From an uncultured Candidatus Rokubacteria bacterium (GTDB lineage: Bacteria; Methylomirabilota; Methylomirabilia; Rokubacteriales; CSP1-6): DNA of 64,000 nt. The position numbers were made by a program, and so were the translations under genes. Shown here in pieces: positions 9,633 to 20,266 of the stretch. The first letter of the stretch is position 1; each line of letters opens with the position of its first letter. Location of the stretch: positions 64,001-128,000 of the forward strand of contig CAVXJS010000007.1 in assembly GCA_963762145.1 (NCBI GenBank). Direction: 5' to 3'. The notes below the pieces were generated by a model. That model was not told where the DNA came from. It did no database searches and was given only the letters and a program-made list of their open reading frames with translations.

Positions 9633-10837
9633 CGCCCACCGACATCGTGGTCAACGAGCCGAACCAGTGGCGGCTCACGACGCCGGGACACGCGGGCTGG
9701 CCGCGCAGCGCCCGCCCCGGCGATCCGCGGAAGTACTTCATGGTGTCGGCGGATTGCCACGCCAACGAGCCCTTCGATCTCTGGGCGACGCGGATCGAGG
9801 AGAAGTATCGCGCGCGCGTGCCCAAGGTGATCACCGACGAGAACGGCGTGAAGTGGCGCGTCTCCGAGGGCCACCGTCCGGACCGCCTGCGCACCGACGC
9901 GCTCGAGGGCGAGGACGGGCTCCGGCAGCGGGTGGGCGCCGATCCGGTGGAGCGCCTGGCCGACATGGACCGGGACGGCATCGACATCGAGGTGATCTTC
10001 CCCAACAAGGGCCTCGCGATGTGGGCCACGCCCGATCCCGTCTTCGCGATGGCCCAGTGCCGCGTCTACAACGACTGGGCGCACGAGACCTTCGGCCGCT
10101 TCCGGGACCGCATGGCCCCCGCGGCCGCGCTCGCCACCGGCGATCTGGAGGGCTCCATCGCCGAGGTCAAGCGCGTCGCGAAGCTCGGCTTCCGCCTGCT
10201 GACCCTGCCGTGCAAGCCGATCTGGGGCGGGCACGATGTGGACCACCCGAACTACAACCTGCCGATGTTCGACCCGCTCTGGAGCGTGATCCAGGACGTG
10301 AACCTGCCGGTGACCTTCCACGTCTCGACCGGGCGCGATCCGCGCGCCGCGCGCGGCAACGGCGGCGCGGTGATCAACTACGTCTCGCACTCGCTGTCGC
10401 CCACCATCGAGCCGGTGGCCAACCTCTGCGCCTCCGGGGTGTTCGAGCGCTTCCCGCGCCTGCGCGCGGCCACCATCGAGGCCGGGATCGGCTGGATCGC
10501 CTGGTTCCTGGGCGCGATGGACGAGGCCTACCGCAAGCACCACTTCTGGGTGCGGCCGAAGCTCAAGCGCCTGCCGAGCGAGTACTATCGCGAGCATTGC
10601 TGGGCGTCGTTCCAGGAGGATCCGGCCGGGCTCGCGCTCGCCGAGCCCATGGGCCTGGCCGACCGCTTCATGTGGGGTAACGACTACCCGCACCACGAGG
10701 GCACCTGGCCGCATTCGGCGGAGGCCATCGAGCGCACGATGGGCCACCTGTCGGAGACCGCGCGGGCCAACGTGCTCGGCCTCAACGCGGCGCGCTTCTT
10801 CGGCTTCGAGGTGCCCGCCGGGTCCGGGCTCGCGTGA
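9629..10837 (+). CDS. Amidohydrolase family 2 protein
   Basis: SADCHANEP, DMDRDGID, YNDW, FHVSTG, EAGIGW, MWGNDYPHHEGTWP. Confidence 0.9.
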   Translation: MTPTDIVVNEPNQWRLTTPGHAGWPRSARPGDPRKYFMVSADCHANEPFDLWATRIEEKYRARVPKVITDENGVKWRVSEGHRPDRLRTDALEGEDGLRQRVGADPVERLADMDRDGIDIEVIFPNKGLAMWATPDPVFAMAQCRVYNDWAHETFGRFRDRMAPAAALATGDLEGSIAEVKRVAKLGFRLLTLPCKPIWGGHDVDHPNYNLPMFDPLWSVIQDVNLPVTFHVSTGRDPRAARGNGGAVINYVSHSLSPTIEPVANLCASGVFERFPRLRAATIEAGIGWIAWFLGAMDEAYRKHHFWVRPKLKRLPSEYYREHCWASFQEDPAGLALAEPMGLADRFMWGNDYPHHEGTWPHSAEAIERTMGHLSETARANVLGLNAARFFGFEVPAGSGLA

Positions 10838-11667
10838 CCACCGGCGCGGTCCGCGAGCGTCACGGCGCGGCCGCGGGCGCCCATCGCGCGGCCGGGCGCG
10901 TGATGGACATTCTCGAGCTGGTTGTCCGGACCCGCGAGGGCCTGCCCCTGCGCGAGCTGAGCGCGCAGCTCGAGGCGCCCAAGAGCAGCCTGCTCCCGCT
11001 GCTCCGCACCCTGACCGCCCGGGGCTACCTCGAGCACGGCGCGCTCCGCGAGTACCGGCTCGGCCCGAAGGCGCTGGAGCTCGGGATGGGCTCGCCGGGC
11101 CATCGCGCGTGGCCGGAGATCGCCCGGCCCGCGCTGCGGACGCTGATGCACCGCACCGGGGAGACCGTCTTCCTGGGCGTCCTCGGCGGCGACGGCACCG
11201 CGGTGGTCTTCGTGGACAAGGTCGAGAGCGAGCAGGTCATCCGCTACGCCGCGGGGGTGGGCGACCGGCGGGCCCTGCACGCCACCTCGAGCGGCAAGGT
11301 GATCCTGGCCTTCCTGCCCGCGCCGGAGCGCGAGCGGATCCTCCGCGCGCTCCCGCTCAAGCGCTACACCGATCGCACCGTGACGAGCCTGCCCGCACTG
11401 CGCGCCGCGCTCGAGGAGGTGCGGCAGAGCGGGATCTGCGTGAATCTCGACGAGCTCGCGCTGGGCGCGGCGGGCATCGCAGCGCCGATCTTCGATCGCG
11501 ACGGCCACGTCGCCGGCGCCTGCGCGATCGGAGGGCCCACCGATCGGGTCCGCCCCCGGCTCAAGCCGCTCGCCGCGGAGGTGCGGGCCACCGCGCGCGC
11601 GATCTCGGCCCTCCTGGGCCGGCGCGGCGACGGGCTCGTCGCCCGAAAGGACCAGCCCTCGGCGTAG
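10834..11667 (+). CDS. IclR family transcriptional regulator
   Basis: N-terminal HTH (PKSSLLPLLRTL), GETVFL, HATSSGKVILAF, GIAAPIFD. Confidence 0.92.
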   Translation: MTTGAVRERHGAAAGAHRAAGRVMDILELVVRTREGLPLRELSAQLEAPKSSLLPLLRTLTARGYLEHGALREYRLGPKALELGMGSPGHRAWPEIARPALRTLMHRTGETVFLGVLGGDGTAVVFVDKVESEQVIRYAAGVGDRRALHATSSGKVILAFLPAPERERILRALPLKRYTDRTVTSLPALRAALEEVRQSGICVNLDELALGAAGIAAPIFDRDGHVAGACAIGGPTDRVRPRLKPLAAEVRATARAISALLGRRGDGLVARKDQPSA

Positions 11668-11813
11668 CAAGACCTTCCCGCCCCATCCCTCGTTCCCGGT
11701 AACCGTTTCCGCAACGGAGCCGTGCGCGGGCCCATCCGGCTTCACAGAGGGCTTCTCCCCCCCGACCGATCTAGCACAGGAAATGCTTGGCTTCTCCCGG
11801 AAAGGAGACCGCC

Positions 11814-12269
11814 ATGGACGCGATCCAATTCCTCAAGCAAGAGCACGAGAAGGCCAAGCAGGCGTTCGAGAAGCTGCTGAGCGCGCCGCCCGCTCGCCGG
11901 GGCGCCATCTGGAAGGAGCTCCAGCCCGAGCTGAAGGCGCACGAGAAGATGGAGGAGCAGCATCTCTACGGGCCCATCGCCCGGGACGGCGCGTCGGATC
12001 CCATGCTGTCCGAATGGGTCTCGACCGCCATCAGGACGAGGTGCACGAGGTCGAGAGCCTCATCAAGGAGCACCGAGGGGCTCGATCCCGAGGACGAGGG
12101 CTGGCTCGCCACCGTCCGGCAGATCAAGTCGGCGCTCGAGAATCACATCCGTCAGGAGGAGGCCGGATATCTTCCCGCGGATCGGCCAGATCTGGGACCG
12201 GCGCACGCCTCGATGAGGCGGGGCGGGAGATGAGCCAGAGCAAGAGAGAAGGCCGGCCAGCGAAGGTAA
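11814..12269 (+). CDS. Hemerythrin/HHE cation-binding domain protein (several frameshifts)
   Basis: AAGGAG RBS; MDAIQFLKQEH, HEKMEEQHLY, HIRQEE motifs. Confidence 0.8.
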
Positions 12270-12318
12270 GCGGCCCGGCGCTCATCGACGAAACCCCTCA
12301 ATCTCGAAAGGAAGAGCC

Positions 12319-12457
12319 ATGGAGCCTCGCGAGCGGAGGCAGGACGACGAAGCGCCCGAGCATGGACGAGCGCCTCGAGGATATGGTCCCGGAGGACGGG
12401 CCTCTCGATCCGGATGACGACGACACGCTCGGCCGCCCGGTACAGCTTCAACCCTAG
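12319..12457 (+). CDS. Small acidic hypothetical protein (probable frameshift)
   Basis: AAGGAAG RBS before ATG 12319; tail MDERLEDMVPEDGPLDPDDDDTLGRPVQLQP. Confidence 0.35.
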
Positions 12458-12520
12458 CGGCGTCGCGTGATCGGCGGCCGACCTGGCCCGGATGTTCGGG
12501 GCAGGTCGGCCGCTGCTGCT

Positions 12521-14682
12521 CTACGCCGGGATCCCTGGGCCGCTTCTCGCGAGCCCAGTCGCGGTGTCGGGCGATCGCCTTCAGGAAGGCCGGCACCGAC
12601 GAGATCGCATCCTCGATGCCGGCGGCCTTCAGCATGGCCAGCCCGGTGCCGGCTCCGCCCACCGCCTTGCAGTGCTTGTAGGCCTCCCTGACGAAGAGCA
12701 CCGCGGCCGCCTCGGCCCGAGCGCCTCCGCGCTGCTCGTCGCCGCCCGGCGACGAACACCGCGTCGAAGAGGACCGAGCCCACGGTGAGCAGGCTGAAGT
12801 CGACCGGCACCTCGCCGCCGCGCGCGCCCTCAGGTCGCCGCCGCTGCGGCGCGACGACCTTCGACCTGCGCGCCCGCCGCCGTCAGCGCCGCTGCATGCG
12901 CGGCGACCGCGGCGGCGTCGACGCCGTCGGCGGCGAGGATGGCCACCTTGCGCGTCTTGCCGTGTCCTTGACCGTGTCGGCCATGCTGAGCGCGGCGACG
13001 CGTCGACCGTCTGCTTGGCACGGCTGCGGCTGAAACTCCTTCGGGTCGCCGTCGGCGGGCACGCTGAGGTTCAGCGGCCCGTCCGGCCTTCGCCGGCACG
13101 GCGATCCCGAGGCCCTCCGCGACCTGCGTCGGCCAGGCCGCGTCGACCTGCGCGAGCATGCCCACCATCCGCTCGCGGATCGGCGGCGCCTCGACCTTGC
13201 CGAGCTCGAAGCGCAGCGCCTGGACGATGTGCTGCTGCTCGTGCTCGGACTGGCTGTTGAAGAACAGCGTCGCCTGGCTGAAGTGATCGAAGAAGCTTCT
13301 CGCCGCGCGCGCGCACCTTCTGCCCCGTCGACAGCGCTCGGGTAGCGTGACGAAGCCGCCCTGCGCCGCGGCCCGCCTGCATCGGACAGCCGCCGCCGAG
13401 CGTGTTCGGGTTCGTAGCTGGCCTGGCCGTGGTTGATCGTCTGCCGCATGAAGCCGTCGCGCTGGTTGTTGTGCACCGGCGCCACCGGCCGGTTGATCGG
13501 GATCTCGTGGAAGTTCGGGCCGCCGAGGCGAATGAGCTGCGTGTCGAGTGTACGAGAACAGCCGGCCCTGCAGCAGCGGATCGTTGGTGAAGTCGATGCC
13601 GGGCACGATGTGCCCGGGATGGAAGGCGACCTGCTCGGTCTCGGCGAAGAAGTTGTCCGGGTTGCGGTTCAGCGTCAGCCGGCCGACGCGCTGCACCGGC
13701 ACGAGCTCCTCGGGAATGATCTTCGTCGGGTCGAGCAGGTCGAAGTCGAACTTGTGCTCGTCCTTCTCCTCGACGATCTGCAGGCCGAGCTCCCACTCGG
13801 GAAAGCGCCCGCTCTCGATCGCCTCCCACAGATCGCGGCGATGGAAGTCCGGATCCTTGCCCGAGATCTTCAGCGCCTCGTCCCACAGCACCGAGTGGAC
13901 GCCGAGCAGCGGCTTCCAGTGGAACTTCACGAAGCGCGACTGTCCCCTTGTCGTTGACGAGCCGGAACGTGTGGACGCCGAAGCCCTCCATCATCCGGAA
14001 GCTGCGCGGGATGGCGCGGTCGGACATCACCCACATGATCATGTGCATCGATTCGGGCATCAGCGAGATGAAGTCCCAGAACGTGTCGTGCGCGGAGGCC
14101 GCCTGCGGGATCTCGTTGTGCGGCTCCGGCTTCACCGCGTGGATCAGGTCCGGGAACTTGACCGCGTCCTGGATGAAGAACACCGGGATGTTGTTGCCGA
14201 CGAGGTCGAAGTTGCCCTCCTCGGTGTAGAACTTCACCGCGAAGCCGCGCACGTCGCGCGCGAGGTCGGTCGAGCCGCGCGAGCCCGCCACCGTCGAGAA
14301 GCGCACGAACACCGGCGTCTTCCGCGCGGGGTCCTGCAGGAACGCCGCCCGCGTGTAGCGCCGCCAGCGACTCGTAGACCTGGAAGTACGCCGTGCGCCG
14401 CCGCACCCGCGCGCATGCACGACGCGCTCGGGGATGCGCTCGTGATCGAAGTGGGTGATCTTCTCGCGGAGGATGGAAGTCCTCGAGGAGCGACGGGCCG
14501 CGGTCGCCCGCCTTGAGCGAGTTCTGGTCGTCGTTGATCCGCAGGCCCTGGTCGGTGGTCAGGAACTGCTCGTCCGGGACCTCCCGGTGCTGCTCGAGCT
14601 GTTGCTGCTTGGGGTCGGCGATTCCGGTCTCGCGGCGGGCACGCGGCGTGGGCGCAGTCGTCTTCCGTTTCTTGTTTGTCAT
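12521..14682 (-). CDS. katE: Large-subunit catalase HPII with C-terminal DJ-1/PfpI domain (many frameshifts)
   Basis: [72 protein letters not shown]...[14 protein letters not shown]. Confidence 0.93.
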
Positions 14683-14697
14683 GGCGAATACACTTCA

Positions 14698-14713
14698 AGC
14701 AATCGAGGGGCCA
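14698..14713 (-). promoter_or_regulatory. Sigma-54 (-24/-12) promoter of katE
   Basis: Minus strand reads TGGCCCCTCGATTGCT (GG-N10-GC), 15 nt before the ATG. Confidence 0.6.
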
Positions 14714-14789
14714 CGAGCGGACCCGCGGAATCGCTTGGGGAAGCGCGGTCGACGGGAAGGGGTTACGCGGTAAGAAGGGCCGGACGGGG

Positions 14790-17129
14790 TCAGTCGTGCT
14801 GCATGTCGGGCTGCCCCTGGGCGACTCGCGGGGGCTTCCCGGCGCGCGACTCTGCGATGCCGGCGAGGACCGCGATCAGCTCCTCGGGGTCTACCGGCTT
14901 CTCCACGAAGACGTTGAAGCCCGCCGCCTGCGCGCGGGCCCGGTCCTGGACCCGCACGTAGGCGGTGAGGGCCACCGCGGGGGTTTCTCGCCCGCTCGCC
15001 CGCTCGAGCGCGCGGAGATTGCGGATCAGCGAGTAGCCGTCCTCGTCGGGCATCGCCAGGTCGGAGACGAGCACATCCGGCCGGATCCAGCGCAGCAGGG
15101 CCAGCGCCTCCGTCGCGGAGGCGGCGGTGCGCACCGCCGCGCCCGCCTCGGTCAGCACGACCGTCAGCATCTCGAGCGCGTCGGGGTCGTCGTCCACCAC
15201 CAGGATCTGCGCTCCCTGCAGGGCCGGCCGGTTGCCGTTGCCGGGGGCGGGACCGGTCCGCGTCTCCGCGATCTTCTCGGCCAGGGGCAGCCGCACGATG
15301 AACGAGGCGCCGTACCCCTCGCCGGCGCTCTCCGCCCGCACGGTGCCCTCGTGCAGCTCGACGAGGGTGCGCACGATGGCGAGCCCCAGGCCCAGCCCTC
15401 CGTGGCGCCGCGTGATGGTGGCGTCGCCCTGGCGGAAGCGGTCGAAGATGAAGGGCAGGAACTCGGCCGCCACGCCCTCGCCGGTATCCGTCACCGTGAT
15501 CTGGGCCTGGCCGTCCACCCGCTCGAGCCGTACCTCGACCCGGCCCCCGGCGGCGGTGAACTTCACGCCGTTGGCGAGCAGGTTCCAGACCACCTGCTGC
15601 AGGCGGCTGGCGTCGCCCTGGGTGTGGCGCGCCGCGGGATCGAGGATCACCGCGAGCTGGATGCCCTTCGCCTCGGCGCCGGCACGCACCGAGTCGGCCG
15701 CGGCATTGATCACGGTGGACAGGTCCACCGGGCCGCGGTTGAGGCGGAGACTCCCGGTGATCACGCGCGAGGCATCGAGGATGTCCTCGATGAGCTGGGC
15801 CTGGGTCTGGGCGTTTCGCTCGATCACCTCCACGCCCCGGGCCACCGTGGTCTCGTCCGGCTTGCCCCAGCGAAGGATGTGCGACCAGCCCAGGATCGCG
15901 TTCAGCGGGGTCCGCAGCTCGTGCGAGACGGTGGCCAGAAACTCGTCCTTCATCCGGTTGGCGGTCTCGGCTTCCGCGCGGGCGGAGTGCTCGCGGGTCA
16001 GCGACCTCCGTCGGTCCTCCAATTCTTCCTGAAGCCGCTGGCGCAGCCGGGCGTTCTCGATCGAGTCGGTCGCGATCCGCGCGTAGAGATCCATGAGGCG
16101 CGTCTCGCGGTCGGACGGCCGATGAGGCTCCGCGAACAACACGGACAGCACGCCGATCGTGTCCCCGCGCCGGCTGATCAGGGGCGTGCTGTGGCAGGCG
16201 CGGAAGCCCGCCCGGCGGGCCGCCTCGCGATACGGCGCGAAGATGGGATCCACCTCGGTATCCTCGACCACGACGCGCCGCCGCTCCGCGTACGCGGTGC
16301 CGCAGGCGCCGCCTCCCGGGGGCACCTCCTCGACGTGCCGGAGGAACTCGTCGTCGAGCCCGGCGTGCACCCCGAGGCGCAGGCCGGGTTGCTCCGCATC
16401 GCAAAGGGAGAGCAGGCCGAGACCGGTGGCCTGCACCGCCATGGCCGCCCGCAGGACCTCGCGCAGCACCGATTCCACGTCGAGCAGGCTGGTCAGGCGC
16501 AGGCTCGTCTCGTGGAGCCGGCGGAGATCCTCGATCTGGGTCTCGAGCTCGCCCAGTCGCCCGCGGGCTGTCCCATCGGGCACGCCGTCCCCGGCGGGAA
16601 TGACGCGCGAGTGGCGGGCGCAGACCTCCGCGATCGGCCCGGCCAGCCCCCGCTCATCGACCTCCGCGAGGGAATAGCCGCAGAAGAGCCGGAACTCGAG
16701 CGTCCGTCGCAGCTCGTTCCACAGATCCTCGAGGCCCACGGTGGCGGAGACTTGTCCGCGCGCGAGGAGCCGGCCGACCATGTCGCCGAACACGCGCAGC
16801 CCGCGGCCGCCGCGCGCGGCGCGCGTCAGCTCGCCGCCGATCACCTCGGCGAAGCGCGCGCGATCGGGCGTGCCGTCCACCATGATCCGCCCGAGGGTCT
16901 CGTCGGCGTCGAGGGGCACGTACGTGCCGGCGGCGCGCGCGGCGTCCACCGCGATGCCCGTCGCGCGCAGGCGCCGCTCGAGCTCGCCCCGATGCTCCGG
17001 GGTGGCCACGACGATGCACGCGTCGCCCGCGGTCAGGCCCGAGGCGATGAAGCTCGTCAGGGAGTCCGAGAGGGCGGGATCCGTCTCGTAGAATTGTACA
17101 GAGTGCTCGTACAGCTCCCGTTCGGGCAT
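14790..17129 (-). CDS. Hybrid sensor histidine kinase MEDS-GAF-HisKA-HATPase-REC
   Basis: HSVQFY...VATPEHR...VFGDMV (MEDS), GAF, FLATVSHELRTPL, NLLANGVKFT, GGLGLGL, ILVVDDD...SDLAMP. Confidence 0.93.
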   Translation of the reverse strand: MPERELYEHSVQFYETDPALSDSLTSFIASGLTAGDACIVVATPEHRGELERRLRATGIAVDAARAAGTYVPLDADETLGRIMVDGTPDRARFAEVIGGELTRAARGGRGLRVFGDMVGRLLARGQVSATVGLEDLWNELRRTLEFRLFCGYSLAEVDERGLAGPIAEVCARHSRVIPAGDGVPDGTARGRLGELETQIEDLRRLHETSLRLTSLLDVESVLREVLRAAMAVQATGLGLLSLCDAEQPGLRLGVHAGLDDEFLRHVEEVPPGGGACGTAYAERRRVVVEDTEVDPIFAPYREAARRAGFRACHSTPLISRRGDTIGVLSVLFAEPHRPSDRETRLMDLYARIATDSIENARLRQRLQEELEDRRRSLTREHSARAEAETANRMKDEFLATVSHELRTPLNAILGWSHILRWGKPDETTVARGVEVIERNAQTQAQLIEDILDASRVITGSLRLNRGPVDLSTVINAAADSVRAGAEAKGIQLAVILDPAARHTQGDASRLQQVVWNLLANGVKFTAAGGRVEVRLERVDGQAQITVTDTGEGVAAEFLPFIFDRFRQGDATITRRHGGLGLGLAIVRTLVELHEGTVRAESAGEGYGASFIVRLPLAEKIAETRTGPAPGNGNRPALQGAQILVVDDDPDALEMLTVVLTEAGAAVRTAASATEALALLRWIRPDVLVSDLAMPDEDGYSLIRNLRALERASGRETPAVALTAYVRVQDRARAQAAGFNVFVEKPVDPEELIAVLAGIAESRAGKPPRVAQGQPDMQHD

Positions 17130-17143
17130 GGCCGGTTCTGTGG

Positions 17144-17159
17144 AGCAACCGACGTGCCA
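17144..17159 (-). promoter_or_regulatory. Sigma-54 promoter of the MEDS kinase
   Basis: TGGCACGTCGGTTGCT is an exact match to TGGCACG-N4-TTGCW, 14 nt before the ATG. Confidence 0.72.
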
Positions 17160-17265
17160 CGGCGATCGGCGGGAAATATCCGTGCAATCGAACGCGTAAA
17201 GCGACGAAAGTCCAGGTCCACGCTGCGGGCCCGGGAAGTTTATTCCCGGGCGGTTTTACCCGCTG

Positions 17266-18141
17266 TCAATGGGCCGCCGGTGCGACCCGTGCGCCGCCCG
17301 GGGCCACGATGACCGCGAGCCCGGACAGGACGAGCCCCATGCCCGCGAGACGGAGCGGACCGAAACGCTCGCCGAACGCGAGCGAGGACGCGTAGGCCGC
17401 GACGAACGGGATCAGGAGCGCGAACGGGGTGACGATGGCGGCGGGGTAGTGCCGCAGCAGCGCGCCCCAGATCGCGTAGCCGAGGACGGTGGCGATCACC
17501 GCGATGTACAGCACCGCGGCGCGCCCGAGCCACGAGCTGGCCACGAGCGCGGTCCCGAGCGCGGACGGGCCGTCGACGGCGACGGACAGCGCCAGCGCCG
17601 GCAGCGGCGGGATCACGCTCAGCCAGACCATGAGGGGCAGCATCTCCACCGGCGGGAGCCGCTTGACGAGCACGTTGCCGACGCCCCAGCTCACCGCGGA
17701 CAGGCCGCACAGGATGAGGCCCGCCGCGGTCAGATCGCGGCCGACGGTGAGTCCGATCAGGGCGAGGCCCGCGAACGCCACCAAGGCCCCGGTCCACTCG
17801 CGGCGGGTCGGGCGCTCGCCCAGGGCCAGCGCGGCCAAGAGGATGGTGAAGAGCGCCTGGGTCTGGACCACCACCGCGGCCAGTCCGGGCGGCGTGCCCA
17901 GCGCGATGCCGGAGAATTGCAGGAGGAACTGGCCGAGGAACAGGGTGAGGCCGACCGGAACGAGGGTCCGCCAGGGCACGCGCGGGCGCGCGAGCACTAG
18001 CGCGGGCGCGGCCGCGATGAGGAAGCGCAGCGCGGTGAGCTGAGACGGAGAGAAATCGTCGAGCGCCCACCGGGTGGCGACGAACGTGAAACCCCAGATG
18101 AGGACCACCGCGAGCACGAGCGCCGTATGCGCGAGAGTCAT
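17266..18141 (-). CDS. EamA/DMT family transporter (O-acetylserine/cysteine exporter-like)
   Basis: IWGFTFV, LTALRF, QTQALFT, two EamA repeats, FGERF. Confidence 0.88.
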   Translation of the reverse strand: MTLAHTALVLAVVLIWGFTFVATRWALDDFSPSQLTALRFLIAAAPALVLARPRVPWRTLVPVGLTLFLGQFLLQFSGIALGTPPGLAAVVVQTQALFTILLAALALGERPTRREWTGALVAFAGLALIGLTVGRDLTAAGLILCGLSAVSWGVGNVLVKRLPPVEMLPLMVWLSVIPPLPALALSVAVDGPSALGTALVASSWLGRAAVLYIAVIATVLGYAIWGALLRHYPAAIVTPFALLIPFVAAYASSLAFGERFGPLRLAGMGLVLSGLAVIVAPGGARVAPAAH

Positions 18142-18184
18142 GACGCCCGACCATAGCATCCATGCCATCGGGGAGGTCGTCCGA

Positions 18185-18213
18185 TGGACAAGGCCCGCCC
18201 GGCGACGTAGACT
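18185..18213 (+). promoter_or_regulatory. Putative sigma-70 promoter
   Basis: TGGACA-N17-TAGACT upstream of ATG 18252. Confidence 0.5.
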
Positions 18214-18251
18214 CCGGGCGGTCATCATCCCCGTTCCGGGAGGCGTCGCCC

Positions 18252-19628
18252 ATGGCAGAGAGTCTCAAGATCGATCACGCGCGGTACATCCTGACCGTCG
18301 ATCGCCAGCGCCGCATCATCCAGGACGGCGCCATCCTGGTGGAGGGCGGCCGCATCACCCGGGTCGGAAAGGCGGCCGAGCTGGCCGACGCGCGGGCGGC
18401 CCGCGTCATCGACGGTCGCCATCTCGTGATCACCCCCGGCTTCTTCAACGGGCACATGCACATCAGCTACGCGCATCCGGTGCGCGGCATCTTTCCCGAC
18501 GAGCAGGCGAGCCCGCTGCTCCACGTCTTCAATCTGCAGTCGGCGATGACCGAGGACGAGGAGTACCACGCCACGCTGCTCGGCCTGGTCGAGCTGGTCC
18601 GCAACGGAACGGTGTGCTTCCTCGACCCGGGGAGCACGCAGTTCCCCGACGCGTGCCTGCAGGCCTACGAGGACGCGGGGATCCGCGTGGTGCTGGGCGA
18701 GGCGGTCACCGATCAGGAGGCGCCGTGGAAGCTCCCGCGCTATCCGGCCCCGGAGGCGGTGGCCCGCACCACGTCGTTCATCGAGAAGTGGAACGGTCGG
18801 CTCGACGGGCGGATCCGGGCGTGGGCGATGCCGTTCTCGTACGAGACGTGCAGCGCGGGCCTCCTGCAGTCACTCAAGCGGGTGGTGGACGAGCGGGGGA
18901 CCGGACTCACCCTCCACCACAACAGCGGGACCAAGGCGCGCGAGGACGCGGCGGCCCGCTACGGGCACAGCCCGACCGCCTACCTCCAGTCCATCGGGGT
19001 GCTGGGGCCGAACGTGCTGCTGGCGCACTGCCTGGGACTCGACGAGGCCGAGATCGACGTGATCGCGCAGACCGGCACCGCGATCGCGATGTGTCCGGTC
19101 ACCGCGGCCAAGGGCGGCCGCGGGGTGCCACAGCATGGTCGCATGCCCGAGTTCCTCGCCCGCGGCGTGAAGGTCGCGCTCGGCTGCGACTCGCCCAACA
19201 ACTCGAACCACCTCGACATGGTGCGCACCATGAACATGGCCGCGATCCAGTACAAGGACGCGCGCCAGGACACGCGCCAGGTTCCCGCCGAGACCGCGCT
19301 CGAGATGGCCACGATCCTGGGCGCGGAGGCGATGGGGTGGGGCGACGAGCTGGGCTCGATCGAGGTCGGCAAGAAGGCCGACCTCGTCTGCTTCGATATC
19401 CTGCGCCCCGAGTGGCAGGCGCTCTGGAACCCGGTCAACAATCTGGTCTACAACGCGGACGGCCGCAGCGTCCACACGGTGGTGATCGACGGACGCGTGG
19501 TGGTGGACGCCTACCGGCAGCGCTTCGTGGACGAGCCGCGCCTCTTCGCGCGCGTGCAGGAGATCGGGGAGCGGCTCCAGGCCCGCACCGGCGTCTCGTT
19601 CCCGCGCTCGCGCTGGCCGATGAGCTGA
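18252..19628 (+). CDS. Metal-dependent amidohydrolase (MTA/SAH deaminase / Atz-Trz-like)
   Basis: PGFFNGHMH, LLAHC, ALGCDS, GSIEVGKKADL. Confidence 0.9.
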   Translation: MAESLKIDHARYILTVDRQRRIIQDGAILVEGGRITRVGKAAELADARAARVIDGRHLVITPGFFNGHMHISYAHPVRGIFPDEQASPLLHVFNLQSAMTEDEEYHATLLGLVELVRNGTVCFLDPGSTQFPDACLQAYEDAGIRVVLGEAVTDQEAPWKLPRYPAPEAVARTTSFIEKWNGRLDGRIRAWAMPFSYETCSAGLLQSLKRVVDERGTGLTLHHNSGTKAREDAAARYGHSPTAYLQSIGVLGPNVLLAHCLGLDEAEIDVIAQTGTAIAMCPVTAAKGGRGVPQHGRMPEFLARGVKVALGCDSPNNSNHLDMVRTMNMAAIQYKDARQDTRQVPAETALEMATILGAEAMGWGDELGSIEVGKKADLVCFDILRPEWQALWNPVNNLVYNADGRSVHTVVIDGRVVVDAYRQRFVDEPRLFARVQEIGERLQARTGVSFPRSRWPMS

Positions 19629-19650
19629 GACCTCCGGAGGAGATGACGGG

Positions 19651-20106
19651 ATGGGCAGGCGACGGCAGAAGGACGGGAGCGGGTGGCTGGAGCGTTCGGC
19701 GCGGGCGGTCACGGTCTGGACGGGCAGCTCGCAGGCCTTCGGCGCCGCGGTCGGCGTCGTCATCGTCTGGGCCCTGCTGGGGCCGGTGTTCCACTTCTCG
19801 GACACCTGGCAGCTCGTCATCAATACCGGCACCACCATCGTCACCTTTCTCATGGTGTTCCTGATCCAGCGCGCCCAGAACAAGGACTCGCTCGCGATCC
19901 ATCTCAAGCTGAACGAGATCGTGGCGGTGCTGCAGGGCGCGAGCAACCGACTGATCAACGTCGAGGACCTCAACGAGCAGGAGGTGGCGACCCTGCACCG
20001 GCACTACCAGACGCTCGCCCAGATCGCCAAGCGGGATACCACGCTCACCGAGTCGCATTCCGTGGAGGAGGCCGAGACGCGCGCCGCCCGCAAACGCCCC
20101 CGCTGA
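19651..20106 (+). CDS. Low-affinity iron permease (Fet4-like) family protein
   Basis: FSDTWQLVINTGTTIVTFLMVFLIQRAQNKD...LKLNE signature. Confidence 0.9.
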   Translation: MGRRRQKDGSGWLERSARAVTVWTGSSQAFGAAVGVVIVWALLGPVFHFSDTWQLVINTGTTIVTFLMVFLIQRAQNKDSLAIHLKLNEIVAVLQGASNRLINVEDLNEQEVATLHRHYQTLAQIAKRDTTLTESHSVEEAETRAARKRPR

Positions 20107-20190
20107 CCGTTGGCGCGCGCGCACTGACACTTCCTTGTAGTTTCATCTCCCGCCGTCCTCGTAAGTCCCTGATTTGTGTGGCCAGACCCC

Positions 20191-20206
20191 TGGTGCACTT
20201 CTTGCA
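20191..20206 (+). promoter_or_regulatory. Sigma-54 promoter candidate
   Basis: TGGTGCACTTCTTGCA (GG-N10-GC) within an AT-richer intergenic region. Confidence 0.5.
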
Positions 20207-20266
20207 CAAAAATGCCGCGCCGAGGCGCGTGAGCCCGGCCATTTCCGGTCCGAGAGGAGGCAGCCC

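Noticed and set aside
11772-11787. TAGCACAGGAAATGCT upstream of the hemerythrin gene, resembling a sigma-54 box
   Set aside because: The invariant GG is AG. It could be a base error but cannot be supported.
12521-14682. katE as a pseudogene or a programmed-frameshift gene
   Set aside because: The indels are numerous and scattered with no slippery-site pattern, and all key motifs are retained. Sequencing error is the simpler explanation.
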